A DNA stretch of 64,000 bases from Takakia lepidozioides (lineage: Eukaryota > Plantae > Bryophyta): positions 44,454,001 to 44,518,000 of the forward strand of contig CM060731.1 in the NCBI GenBank assembly GCA_030704615.1, in the 5' to 3' direction. Positions 12,890-25,175 of this stretch are shown here, piece by piece. The notes under the pieces were generated by a model. That model ran no database searches and was not told the DNA's origin. It saw only the letters and a program-made list of their open reading frames with translations. Positions within the stretch are counted from its first letter, which is position 1. Each line of letters opens with the position of its first letter. A program made the position numbers and the translations under genes.

Positions 12890-14220
12890 GAATCTTCACA
12901 CTGGAAGAAAGTTATGGCCTCTGAGTTTCAATCTCTCCAAGATAATAAGATTTGGAGCCTTGCTAAACTTCCACATGGACGGCAGTCTTTTGGCTGCACA
13001 TGGATTTTCAAAGTTAAGTGCAATGCAAATGGTTCTGAAGCAAGGCACAAAACTTATTTGATTGCAAAGGGGTTTTCACAAATTGAAGGTATGGATTACA
13101 ATAAAACCTTCTCCCCTATTGCACGGATGAAATCAATTTGAGTGATTCTTGCATTTGATGCCGTTGAAAATCTTGAGGTACATCAGATGGATGTATGTAC
13201 AACCTTTCTCAATGGAGATCTTACGGAGGAAATATGCATGGACCAGCTAGAGGGATTTGCTGTAGAAATGAAAGAGATGATGGTGTGTAAACTCCTCAAG
13301 TCCTTGTATGGTTTGAAGCAATCTCCTAGGGCATGGAATGACAAGATTGATACATATTTCATGGCTGAAGAGTTTGAGAGGAGCTATGCTGATTATAGTG
13401 TTTACTATAAGAGGGCTCATGGAACTCTTCTGTAATCATAACCTTGTATGTTGATGATCCAATCTTGATGTCTAATGATTTGACTTTGTTGAAACACATA
13501 CAGAGTGTCAATATCTCAAATGAGTGTGAGATAGTGGTTGTGTGGTCATAAGAGTGTAAGTTGATGATCTGATCTTGGTATTTAATGACTTGACTTTGTT
13601 GAAAAAGACAAAGTGATAACTCAAAGAGTCTGAGATGATGGATCTGAAAGCGATCATGTGATTATGTATTGATCAGGCTTTGTTGAAAAAGACAAAATGA
13701 TATCTCAAATAAGTTTGAGATGGTGGATCTGAAAGAGATCCTATGATCATGTGTTGATCAGACTTTGTTGAAAAAGACAAAGTGATATCTTAATGAAGTT
13801 TGAGATGGTGGATCTGAAAGAGATCAAGTATTGTTTGGGGGTATCGGTTCGACAAGACCGAACAATTTACCTGAATTAGCGTAGGTATCTTAAAGATATC
13901 TTAAGGCGCTTTGGTATGGCTGAAAGTATGCCGGTAAATACCCCGTTTGTCCCAAATTGCAAACTCTTAAAGGAGATGAGTCCTAAAAGTGCTGCAGACT
14001 TGGAGACAATGAGAGATGTTCCTTATCAAAGTGTTTGTGGGAAGTCTCATGTATACAATGGTCTGTACAAGGCCAGATATTGCATAAACAGTTGTAAGCC
14101 AATTTGTGGCTAACATTGGGCAACTCCATTGGCGGATTTTTCGTTATCTGAGAGACACATAGGATTATGGTGTGTGCTTGAGAAAGAACAATGATAGTGT
14201 TTGGTTGTCCAACCAAGTGG
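12890..14220 (+). mobile_element. Ty1/Copia reverse transcriptase remnant
   Basis: WIFKVK, ARHKTYLIAKGFSQIEG, HQMDVCTTFLNGDL, LLKSLYGLKQSPRAW, YVDD and VPYQS motifs, with stops and frameshifts. Confidence 0.9.
13445..13830. repeat. Internal tandem amplification inside the Copia RT
   Basis: Four or more copies of 'ctttgttgaaaaagacaaa.tgat...tgagatg.tggatctgaaag'. Confidence 0.75.
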
Positions 14221-15025
14221 GTTCATATGGTATCTCAGATAGTGCTTGCAAAAGCACAGAGCTGGGTAGATGCAGACTACACTAGCTCAGTTTGGACTGC
14301 AATTTGCAGTTTTCGACTAACTGCTTGTCATATTATTCTTCACCATATACACATAAGTATATATTCATAGCAAATGGACTTAGAATGGGTTAGCCACTTA
14401 CCATATGTATATGTGGGTACAATTATTTTGGAATTTGGATGAAATCTCATGAAGTTATGGACTTTTGCAAGGAATTCCAATGGACTGTCACACTCCCTTT
14501 ATTGTCCCAAATGCCATCTGAAAAACCTATTTGTGCGAACCAATTCATTATATGGACTTTACAACTAAATACACAATGTTTGAATAAACACAAATATAAA
14601 TTTGTGAACAATTCCATCCATCCATCAAAACACTATGGACTTTTTTGTACCAAAAAAACCCCCAAAATGACAATTTGTCCATAACATTTTGAAAAGCTCA
14701 TATTTGGGTGGAGATCTTTGCTAAGAATATATATATATTGTTATTGTCTCTGGGAGCTTATTGTTATATGGATAAATTTCATAACTACAAGATAATAATA
14801 TATTTAAACAAATATCTTTAATTAAAATTTAATTAATTTTTTCAGAGCAAGGCAATGTGGGGTGGGACAGATCTTTCAACCACTGGCGAGCATATATTGC
14901 TGCAGTGTTTGGCGGTGTCCGTAATATAGCAGAGTTCTTGCCGGGAGGAATCTGAAGAAATATGTATAAGTCCATGATCTGAGAATCTACTCCTCCAAAT
15001 AGTGGATTCAAAGACGTAGAGAGTT

Positions 15026-17700
15026 TCAGTTGAAAGATGAATCAACTTTTCCAAGGAGATCATGCAAGGCACTGTAAAGGGGTGCCGCTGCCCATGGCCG
15101 AGGCACAGGGCCCAACAGAATATCTGTTGCCGTAAGGTATGCGTCTCCATAGAAATTCAAATTCGTCTCAGAGCGTGTGGCCATGACATTTCCCTCCAAA
15201 GAAACCCCAAAAAAGGCCCCTGCAAAGCCAATAATAAAGTGAGCCTCTGGGGAGAATCTCACAATACTGACTAGACTAGTTTGGGACAAACCGAGGACAT
15301 CCGAGTGCTTTGATCTGACCTAGGGATATTTCGAGCCTTTACAACCAACGCACGTGTGCAGGACGAAGGGCTACTCCTACAAACAGCAAAGTTCCTCAGA
15401 AATAACCTACTTGATCCCATTGTACAGTAATAGCCTCGTTTTCATCTGCATAGTTCATGAGCAGGCTTTCTCACCTAGAAATCATATCAACAGAATGTAC
15501 TCATAAGACATTGTTTAATCATATCAACAGAGACATGGGAAGAGAGGCCAGAAGAGGGTTGGGGGTGCCGGTTGAAAGGGAAGATTGACTTGGCAGCTGG
15601 TCAACAGCTTCAACCACTGTGGCATGACCTACACCCAGAATTACCATATGGCTCTCTCACATGCTTCCCATACTGCTACAGTGGCCGTCTACCTTCAGCA
15701 GTGTGATAGGCAACTGCTATTCTGCTGCCAGACGCATGTAGTGAGCAAAAAGGAGGGTGGAAGAGGTACACAGAAACATGGAAATGACATGCCTGAGTAT
15801 ATCTCACCTTTACTGCAGCTATAAGTGTAGCAAGCGGCTGCCCCTCCATCACCTGCACGAACGTCAGCCTCAACAGATCTACCTATGGGGCCTGCAGCAG
15901 CACTCATGCCAGCACCCACTGAGAAATGGACATGCCCGCCAAACGCTTTCACAGCTTTAACAGTGCTGAGTACAATGATGAAGTCCGTGAGCTCCCCTCC
16001 TGCCTGCCCAGGGAAAACCACAGTACCAAAGCAGCCAGCCAGCCAGCCAAACACAACAAATTAGATCTTCCAACCAAATGGAGAACATGGGAAATCTATA
16101 TTTGAGAGAAAAAAGATAGCCCTATGTGTGATGCTTTCTTACTTGAGCACCCCACCCAAGCCCACAAGAGGCAATAGCCAAAGGCGCAGACCAGGTGCCA
16201 TCTGCTCTCCGAGCAACCACAAGTCCAGTGCCGACTTGGTGCCGACCTTATACGTGAGCATCATGCCAGCTTTCATGATGGTGAGAATGGCAAGCCCTCA
16301 TGCTCCTCTTAGCACTGTGTCAGGTAACGACCTCTCTGGTTTCAGCCTTCCAACCTGCACCCCCAGCACTCTGTCAATGTAAAATGATGATGCTCTACTC
16401 TCTAGTCTTACTGCAGTACCCTTCTTGGTCCAAAGTGACAGACACAGAAGAGAAAGGACAAGAAGGGGCCAAACCAACAATTCTCCTAGGAACTTGTACA
16501 ACTTGCCACTGTCTGCCAGAAATTTTTCCACAGGGATACAATAAACTGCATTGACCACTACACCTGAACACTTCAGCTTGGCAAGTACCTTGTAGTAGCT
16601 GCGCACAGTGTTGGTGGCCTTGTAGATTTCCTGCTGCATGGAGAGGCCAATTGGGCTGTTAACCCACCCCCGCATACAGCTGAGGTCTGTCACATCGTGT
16701 GTTGCCACCTGCCATGCGGTTGCACAGTGACACATGGATATCAACTGGAAAGTAATGAAAGCAGTAATCAACGAATACCTGCCCTACCAAACTTATCCAA
16801 CCAAGGTCAGAGCCACAACAATGCCATGGTGGTAAAGCACATGTGCTGCATTGCTGACACGGTCTGCAAGAGTGCGTTGGATGGGCTCCAGACGCTCAAA
16901 GCATACATCACAAACTCTCTGAGGGTTGTGCTCCCGAAACCTCACTGGCAACAGACACCTCCCCAACGATCACCTCCGGCAGAACAAGCCTCCGCAAAAC
17001 TGACAGTGATGACGGCCACATGTGATTGGTCAGAAGCTAGCTGCACATTGCATGCATGTGAAAGCAGCACTATCAGGCATCCAAGATGGGGGTTCTGCCT
17101 CCAGAAGGGCCCTTAGAGCTCGAACATCGTCCCCACTGGCCCCAGTTAAGAGGGGAGGGGCACTAGGACTGTAGCTGTGGCTGTGGCCATAGCTACTCCG
17201 ATTGGCACTGTACCTCTCCACCCCTGTACATCCCCTGTTAGAGTCGCTGGCCAACCTGGCTCATCATACTCTACACGTGCAGCACCACCGACCCCAGTTA
17301 CAATATCTAAAACTCCCCTCAAAACATTGCAGACACTGAGATCCGAGCTGCGATCTCTCTCATCCTCCTCACCTCGCTGGCCTCGGTCGTCCTCTGTAGC
17401 CAAACCCCCCCCATCTTTCCCTCCCTTGATAGATGTTAAGGGATCCAAGGTCCTGTTTCTTCGGGCCAAGGCGGGTCGTACTGAAACTGCCCATGACCTC
17501 GTTGTTCTTTCTCTAGCAGGCACTTTCTTTGTGAGGCCAGACGCTCTGACTCTGCTGCCGCAAAGCGCGCAGCCAACAAGACAGCCTGTGCACGCTCAAG
17601 TGCATCCCTCAGGTCCAAATTGAGGCCCAAATTATGATCAGCATCAAAGGGCGCGACACAGAGGGCATAGGGGCAATGCTGAATGCATCTGAACCTGTAC
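15026..17700 (-). pseudogene. FYVE + SYLF/Ysc84 domain gene (FYVE2/CFS1/SH3YL1-like), pseudogenised
   Basis: FYVE: EPPSWMPDS..CMQC..F*PITCGRHHCQFCGGLFCRR*S..QRVCDVC. SYLF exons: GLAILTIMKAG, GLGWGAQ|AGGELTDFIIVL, YSCSKG|AFFGVSLEG. In-frame TGAs at ~17030, ~16970 and 16298. An 11-bp duplication frameshift at ~16226-16246 and further frameshifts in exon 1. Confidence 0.85.
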
Positions 17701-19783
17701 AATAACCAGGAAACACATTAGATGCTTGAAAACTAAGGTAATCCAGTTTAATTGCTCATCATGTTCTTGGTGGCAGACTCAAGGAAGAGAAGATGGGAGA
17801 ATAAGTGATAAGAGATGTAATTATCATCCTCCGGTTACATTTGGCATGAACTCAACTCTGCAGATTTGTAATCAAGAGCATTACAACTCATACAAGTGGC
17901 ACATAGAAGATCAAGACCCGGGATATAGGGACTGTAGAGCATGTACAAGAGTATTCCTGCACAGCTCCTTGGGAGTCTCTGGGTCAGGCCCAACCAGCAA
18001 GTGCGAGTCCAGAATGACCACCTCCATGTCGGGTAATGTCACAAACTAACAACACTACTTTGCATTCATTGCATCAATTCAAAATGCATCCTGATACTCT
18101 TTGGACGAATGGAATTGGAGACCCCGAGGGTTGCAAACATAAACACACTGCACCAAAGCACAAAATCAGATTCAAAACACCAAACATCTGAATACTGAAG
18201 AAGACAAAGTACTTCAATTTTGCAGATGTTTCAAGTCCATGTCGGTCTCCTGAGCACTCATTTGGATAGTGTATTGTCTAGGAAAGAAGCTTGGATGTCA
18301 AATTTGCCCTAAAAACACATCTAGTAAGATGAAGGTAGGTCGATGTACCTTTTGAAGGCATGTAAGGCAGCCATTGTGGCCACAGGCCAGGGAAGCAGGC
18401 CCTCCATAGGTACCCAGGACTTCCATGCACATGGTACGTGGGCACTTCATCACGGTCCACAAGACTGTGGTTTGCCTGGCCCCTCTTGGGAGTGCTGCTG
18501 TCCTCCATGCTGTCTCAAACTTCTGCTCCCTCTTCTTTACACACCCTCATGGGGATGTGTTTTGTCAACTTATTTACAGCTTATATATGAAAATATCTTT
18601 TTTCTGCCTGCAATTTGTAAACGATTACAAATTACTGGTTAGCATGTCATGCCTTGAGACAACATGACACATATGAGGATCATCTAATCCTACTAGATGT
18701 GGAAAGACGACTATCCATTACTAAATACTGAGAACCAGGCTCTCAAAGCAAAAGGGCCTTCTTAGTGAATCCATCACCCTATCGAAGAATACGCCTGAAA
18801 CAACAGATAACATCCAATCCTACCAGCAAAGTCTGATGTTGGACCGACATCCATACATTAGCTTTCTTCTAAACACAGAAGTGGGACATGTGCCCATTCT
18901 TTGCACTGCGTAAAGAGCAGGGTTTCCTTATAGGGAGGCACAACTTACTAGAATCTAGAGGTTTGGGTACATGCCACCCTCTGAAATTGTTGACTCAATC
19001 CCTACAACTTACCCCTTGATGCATAAGTTCATGGATAATAGATAAACCATTCAATGTGAATGCCCACATATGACGACCATTCTGACAGGGAGAGGGAGAG
19101 ACTGACCGTAAAAACGTTGAGTTCAAAATCTTCCCGAGTTGAATGGCATCCTTTTACAGGTCTCCCTGCATCCCAGGCACACCAAGAATGCTCAGAGGGA
19201 TTTGGATTTGAGGACAAAAAGGCACAACCTGCCTAAATAGTAGCATAACTAGGTGGTTTCTGAGCTTTTGGACACAGTAGAGCTACTGCGTCTGTCAGAA
19301 GAGGGCATCTTTCTTGTGCTGCTCTTCCAGAAATTTGGGGAAGAGATATTACCCAAGACCTCTGTAGCAAATTGCTTGACAGAGAGAAAGAAGAAATACA
19401 AATTTCGTACGGTACACCTCCAACCCTTCAACCCGACCGATGACTGCATGCACCGGGAGAAATATGTCATGGACACCACAAAGTGGATGAGGATAACTAG
19501 GGTTTAGGAGGAGACACAAACAAAGGCCCTAATAGTGGCGGTAAGAGCGCCCGACAGTCGAAAAGTGGGAGACACATAACAGAGACTTGAGAGATACTGG
19601 AAGAAAATCTGCAACTTTACTACCTACATCACAAAAATTAGGCTTTCGGCCTTCTAAAGCGGGTTAGAAATACATTCAGAAACATAGACCAGACCAATTG
19701 GAGCCTTACCGCCGAAGGACGCAACAGAAAGTATAATTCACACGGGATCAGACGCAAGTACCTTTCTCTTTCACGCGCAATCC

Positions 19784-21835
19784 TCACAATCTGCAGCATA
19801 GATATTTGATAGCAGCACATAAGTTGCAGTATCTTGTGGATTCCCCTTGAGAATGCATTTTGCTGGACGATCTGCCCACCTCAACATTTCCATGAATTCT
19901 GCAGGCACCAAGCAAGGCCCCCCATACCACAGGACCTGGGTCTACGGACATTTTGTTAATAAAGTCCTCTCCTTCAGCCAATCACCCTGCACGGCCAAGA
20001 AGGTCCACCATGCAGCCAAAATGCTCCACAGTAGGAGTGAGGCCATGATCTCGAATCATGGAATTGAAGTAGTGGAGGCCTTCATCCACTAGCCCAATAT
20101 GGCTACATGCAGAGAGAACACATATAAAGGTGACACCATTTGGCTTAACCCCTTCCTGTTGCATTTGCGCAAATAGTCACACGGCCTCCATACCACACCC
20201 AAGCTGAGCATACCCTGCAATCATTGCATTCCATGAGACCACATCCCGCTTAACCATACTGTCAAACACGTAACGTGCATCCTCTCCACTGCCACATTTG
20301 GCATACATGTCAATAAGGGTATTCTCCAAAGTGAGAGTTGGCTCGATTTCAGATTTGAGGATGTCAGCATGGACCTCTTTGCCCTTGTCCAGGGCTGCCA
20401 AACTGGCACAAGCCGTGAGAACACAAATGAATGTAACCTGATTGGGCATCACCCCTCCCTGTATCATTTGCTCATATGTCTCCAAAGCCTCCCTACCACA
20501 CCCATGTTCGACATATGCAGTGATCATTGCACTCCATGGCACTACGTCTCGTTTAGCCATATTGTCAAACACTTGACGAGCATCCTTTATGCTCCCACAT
20601 TTGCTATACATGGCAGCAAGGACAGTCTCCAGAATGATATTTGGCTGAATTCCAGCTTTGATGATGTCAATGTGGACCTCTTTGCCCTTCTCCAGGGCTG
20701 TGAGGCTAGCGCACGCATTGAGAACGCAAACGAATGTGACTGTATTGGGCGTTACCCTTTCCCGTATCATCTGTTCATAGGTTTCCAAAGCCTCCTTACC
20801 ACACCCATGTTGAGCATATCCTGCAATCATTGAACTCCATGAGACCACATCTCGCGCAGCCATATTGTCAAACACTTCACATGCAACCTCAATGCTTCCA
20901 CATTTAGCATACATGTTGATGAGGGTGTTTGCTAGAATGATATCTGGTGCAATTCCAGCTTTGATGAGATCTGCGTGGACCTTTTCCACAGCTGCCAGGC
21001 TGGCACATGCATGGAGAACACAAATGAATGTGACATGGTTGGGTGTTACACCTTCACTTACCATTTGCTCATAGGTCTCCAATGCCTCCCTACCACACCC
21101 ATGCTTTGCATATCCTGCGATCATTGCACTCCATGAGACCACATCTCGCTGGGCCATATTGTCAAACAATTGACGTGCATCCATCATGCTTCCACATTTG
21201 GCATACATGTTGACAAGAGTATTCTCCAGAGTGATATCTGGTGCAATTGCAGCTTTGACGATGTCGGTGTGGACCTCTATGCCCTTTGCCAGGGCTGTGA
21301 GGCTTGCACACGCCTTGAGAACACAAATAAATGTGATCCTATTGGGAAATACCCCTTCCCGTCTCATCTGTTCATAAATCTCCAAGGCCTCCCTACCACA
21401 CCCATGCCTGGTATACCCTGCGATCATCATGTTCCATGTAAGCATATCACGGTCAACCATTTTGTCAAACACTAGGCGTGCATCCACCACATTCCCGCAC
21501 TTGGCATACATGTTGATGAGGGTGTTGAGTAGAAACATAGTTGGCTTGAATCCACTTTGGATAATGTGAGTGTGCACCTCCTTTCCTTCTTTTAGGCCTC
21601 TCCTTTTAATGCACTCTTGCAGGAGACAGGCATAAGTATTAGAGTCGGCTGACACGCCTCCTTGGTTCAAAATGTGCAGCGCCTCCTTCAGCTGTCCTGC
21701 TTTAGATAGTGTCCTCACATTCTGACAAGTGCTAGCAGAGTTCTTGTTGACCCCCTCTCTTGGTCCTCTTTCGAAAGCTGAATTCATTGTTGAGGAGCCC
21801 ATTTCAGATGACTGTGCCTGATTCAACCCCGCCAT
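19784..21835 (-). pseudogene. PLS-class PPR protein with E domain (RNA-editing-factor type), disrupted near the 3' end
   Basis: 552-aa ORF of P-L-S repeats. It continues in frame past TGA at 20177-20179 and 19982-19984 into 'VEHFGCMVDLLGRAG*LAEGEDFINKM..VVWGALLGACRIHGNVE', then frameshifts in the E domain. Confidence 0.9.
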
Positions 21836-22226
21836 CCTGCAATACTCAAAAACTCTTTAGCTGCAATCGTTTCTCACTCATTGGATCGCCCTCAAAGGTC
21901 CTACATACTTCCAAGAAAGATCCTTTCATGGGGACAGGTTCTTTGCTATATCATAACAGGGTCTTTGTATTGCTACCCTTCTACATCACCGCAGGAAGGT
22001 GCACGTATAGCAAACCAACTATGCGTTTCAAGAATCACTTCTGATAACTATGTTCACCTTCACCTTGACAAAAATCACAATGTAACCATTCTCCCAGGAA
22101 TACCCACTTTGCCATTTTTGCTATTTTTTGTGAATTTCCAGCGACCAAAAGTACTTGGAATTCCACATCTCCCACATCGCAGGTCCAAAAATCATGAGAC
22201 CAAGCCCGCGCACCCCTCCTCGTCAA

Positions 22227-22334
22227 GGGCTTTCCAACCGTACCAAGCACCGGGGCTGGGCCCGCGGTTGGGGACATCTCAAATCTACAAAACCAAACAA
22301 AACAAAACAAACGTCTCTTGATTCATATATTGAT
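22227..22334 (-). repeat. Dispersed ~100-bp repeat, probable Helitron 5' terminus (second copy at 24127-24224)
   Basis: Near-identical 'gggctttccaac.gtaccaagcacc.gggctggg...ggttggggacatctcaaatctacaaaac...cgtctc..ttcatatattgat' at both sites. The reverse complement starts A|TC. Confidence 0.55.
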
Positions 22335-22564
22335 CTGCAGAGATATTATTATAATAGATGAAATATCAATGACGACTTCCAAAATTATCCAATTTGTATT
22401 ACATAGACTTCGACATGTTGATCCATAATTTAATAAAACAAAATAAAAAAATTATTACTTCTAGTAGGTGACCTTTCTCAATTTCCTCCAGTATGTATAC
22501 ATAAAAATAAAAGTTGTTCGTTAAATTGTACTAGGGTAGCCTATGCCGTTGGCCCAAATGTCAA

Positions 22565-24120
22565 GTGTCATCTAAGCCCAAGTGTAATCTCATATGTATG
22601 CAAGTGCGTCTCCACCTCACAGACCCACACACACCGTCAGCATTTGCGATACACGTCTCTAGACTCATCCAGCGCTACGCACAAGATCTACCACCCAAAA
22701 CACCCACAACAACAAACAAACTTTCACTTGCACACTCCCACTCAACTCTCCCCGCGCTCCTTCTAGGCTTCATCACCACGGAGCTGCAACTCACTCACTC
22801 ATACTACTCTAACCCTCTCACATGCCCACTGGGTTTATCTACTTACTCAAGCTTACACGACATAGATCAGCACTTTGGATCCCTTGGGACTGCAAGGTCC
22901 CACCAGTGGCAAGGGTGAGGGTTTGCACACCCCACCAATGTCGCTTCTGCCAGTGAAGCATTTCATTGGGCGCGCATTGCTGCACATTTGTCTCCAGAAA
23001 CATTCACCATCTTATTTATTCCTAATACTAATCATAGCAACTCTAAACACCCAATACTAAACGACCCCCCTGGAGTATTCACGTTAGCTACATTTGAACC
23101 TCGCTCGATCATTTATCAACCCCCATCGCCATGGCGCAATTACATGAAATACCCATAATCTTTACTAACTAAACTAGTATGTGTACACCACTCACAAAAC
23201 CCGCAAATACTTACCACTTTCCACCATCAACTGGACCAGATTCTAAAACATTTATTTGGTCACACAGCCACGGTCCACCCGCCTACCCAAATACCCAACG
23301 AATACCCCCGAATCAACCCGGACAAACCATGGAGACATGTGACCCCTAGACCTCTTTGGGCAGTGAGACAAAAAACCTTTACTATACCACTCCCAGATTT
23401 CACGGAACCCGACAGCTTGGTCTCCCTACACCTTCTCATCAACCAAATCTGCAAGCCATCATCACAGATCCACCATCCTGATATTACACTTATAAAAGGA
23501 ATCGTCGATATTGTATCATCTTTACCACTGCAAATCCATATACATAAAGTTCGATCTCACACATATATAATAGGTAATGACATAGCAGACCATCTTGCTC
23601 AACTTGGTGCCATTCAGCCAATCACCAACCCCTCAACCAGCTCTATCCACCGGTCGCACACATACCCGTTCTGGCTCATATCAACAAGGGCTAGATTCCC
23701 GACCATAGTACCTATACGGAACCTACACACACACATTAAAGGCGAGACCAAACTACTCATACAAGAATCTCGTACCTACAGGAATTCCTACATATCTAAA
23801 GTGGGTCTCATCCCCAGGGTATTTGGACATCCCCCAGGGTTACTGATGCACAAATCAAACAAACTCTGAAATTTCGGTATGGTCAATATATGGGCAATCA
23901 ACGACCGAACTTGTTCTGGCCATTATTATACCCTAATAAACACTGCATGTTATGTTCATCCCAAAATCCCCAAATAGACACATGGCCACACTTATTTCTC
24001 CACTGCAACCATCCCATAATTCATGGGTTGCGGGTAACTAGACATAACCAAGGGGTTAGACAACTCCACAAAATTCTCACTTCACATCCGAAATCCAGAT
24101 GGTTTAACCTCATCAATGGT
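22565..24120 (+). mobile_element. Non-LTR retrotransposon 3' fragment (Dualen/RandI-like): MTase-like domain, RNase H, CCHC finger + RHN
   Basis: One frame with two stops runs from 22565 through the RNase H C-terminus (DSL..., HIHKVRSHTYIIGNDIADHLA). After a frameshift come 'KFRYGQYMG', 'CMLC..DTWPHLFLHC' and 'TRHNQG'. Confidence 0.7.
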
Positions 24121-24599
24121 ACCAACGGGCTTTCCAACGGTACCAAGCACCAGGGCTGGGGCCTTGCGGTTGGGGACATCTCAAATCTACAAAACAAAAC
24201 AAACGTCTCGCTTCATATATTGATGTGTCATATTTCATGTTCTCCTGTGTATCAATCAGCCCACATGGCACAAACATATTCTTACTTCAGCAGTTCTATA
24301 TTCATCTGATTTAGAATACTTCAATTTTCTTAAATATTATCAGAAATAGAAAACCCACTGAGTCATAAAGACATGATACATTAATTCTTGCTATATACAA
24401 CCCGATACAATTCAAAACTTTATAAATCATGATACGACAACATTGTGTGCTCACCAAGTTGACGTAACTCATTACAACACCATGATACTTCATTTTTTAT
24501 ATTCTGAAAAAAATAAAAAAAATAAAAAACCTACCTCGAATGCAATTGATTAACATAGAGCTTCAAGATTGGTTATACGATTCAAAATGACATGAAATT

Positions 24600-25010
24600 T
24601 CCGAGCAAAAGTAATGTTAAGTCCAAAATATTAACTTAGAAATTGGTGTCGCCAATGGTTCAATTGGAACAGTTACACAAATTCAAGCAACTACAGATCC
24701 CCAAACAATTACATCAATATTAGTACTCTTACATAATTCTGGCAATACTATACCAGTGTCTAAACTGAAAGATGCATATATACATCAAAATGGAATTAAA
24801 TATACAAAAACAACTTTTCCATTGACATTAGCATATGCAATGACTGGTCACAAATCTCAAGGTGCAATTATATCTTCAAATGTAATGATATCAATAAAAG
24901 AATTTTCATCAGGACTAACGTACGTTATGTTTCCAAGAGTTACATCTAAGACGTCATTAAAAATAATAAACACTCTAACATCTGATGATTTTGAACCGAT
25001 GAAAATCTGA
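24600..25010 (+). mobile_element. Helitron PIF1 helicase C-terminal fragment
   Basis: VANGSIG; FPLTLAYAMTGHKSQGA; GLTYVMFPRV (helicase motifs V and VI). Confidence 0.85.
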
Positions 25011-25175
25011 AAATACATAATAAACCTTTATTATGTATTATCCTCTCACTATGAAGGGGCCTAAATACACCTTCATTATGTATTATCTTTTCACTATCAA
25101 CGAGCCTGATTTGTGTGAGCTGTCGCTCCCAGGTGATTTCCCTTTAAAAAAAAAAAAAAAAAACCCGGCACGCTG

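Noticed and set aside
19982-20179. TGA stops rescued by U-to-C editing or selenocysteine
   Set aside because: This is a nuclear gene, and an additional frameshift in the E domain indicates ordinary decay.
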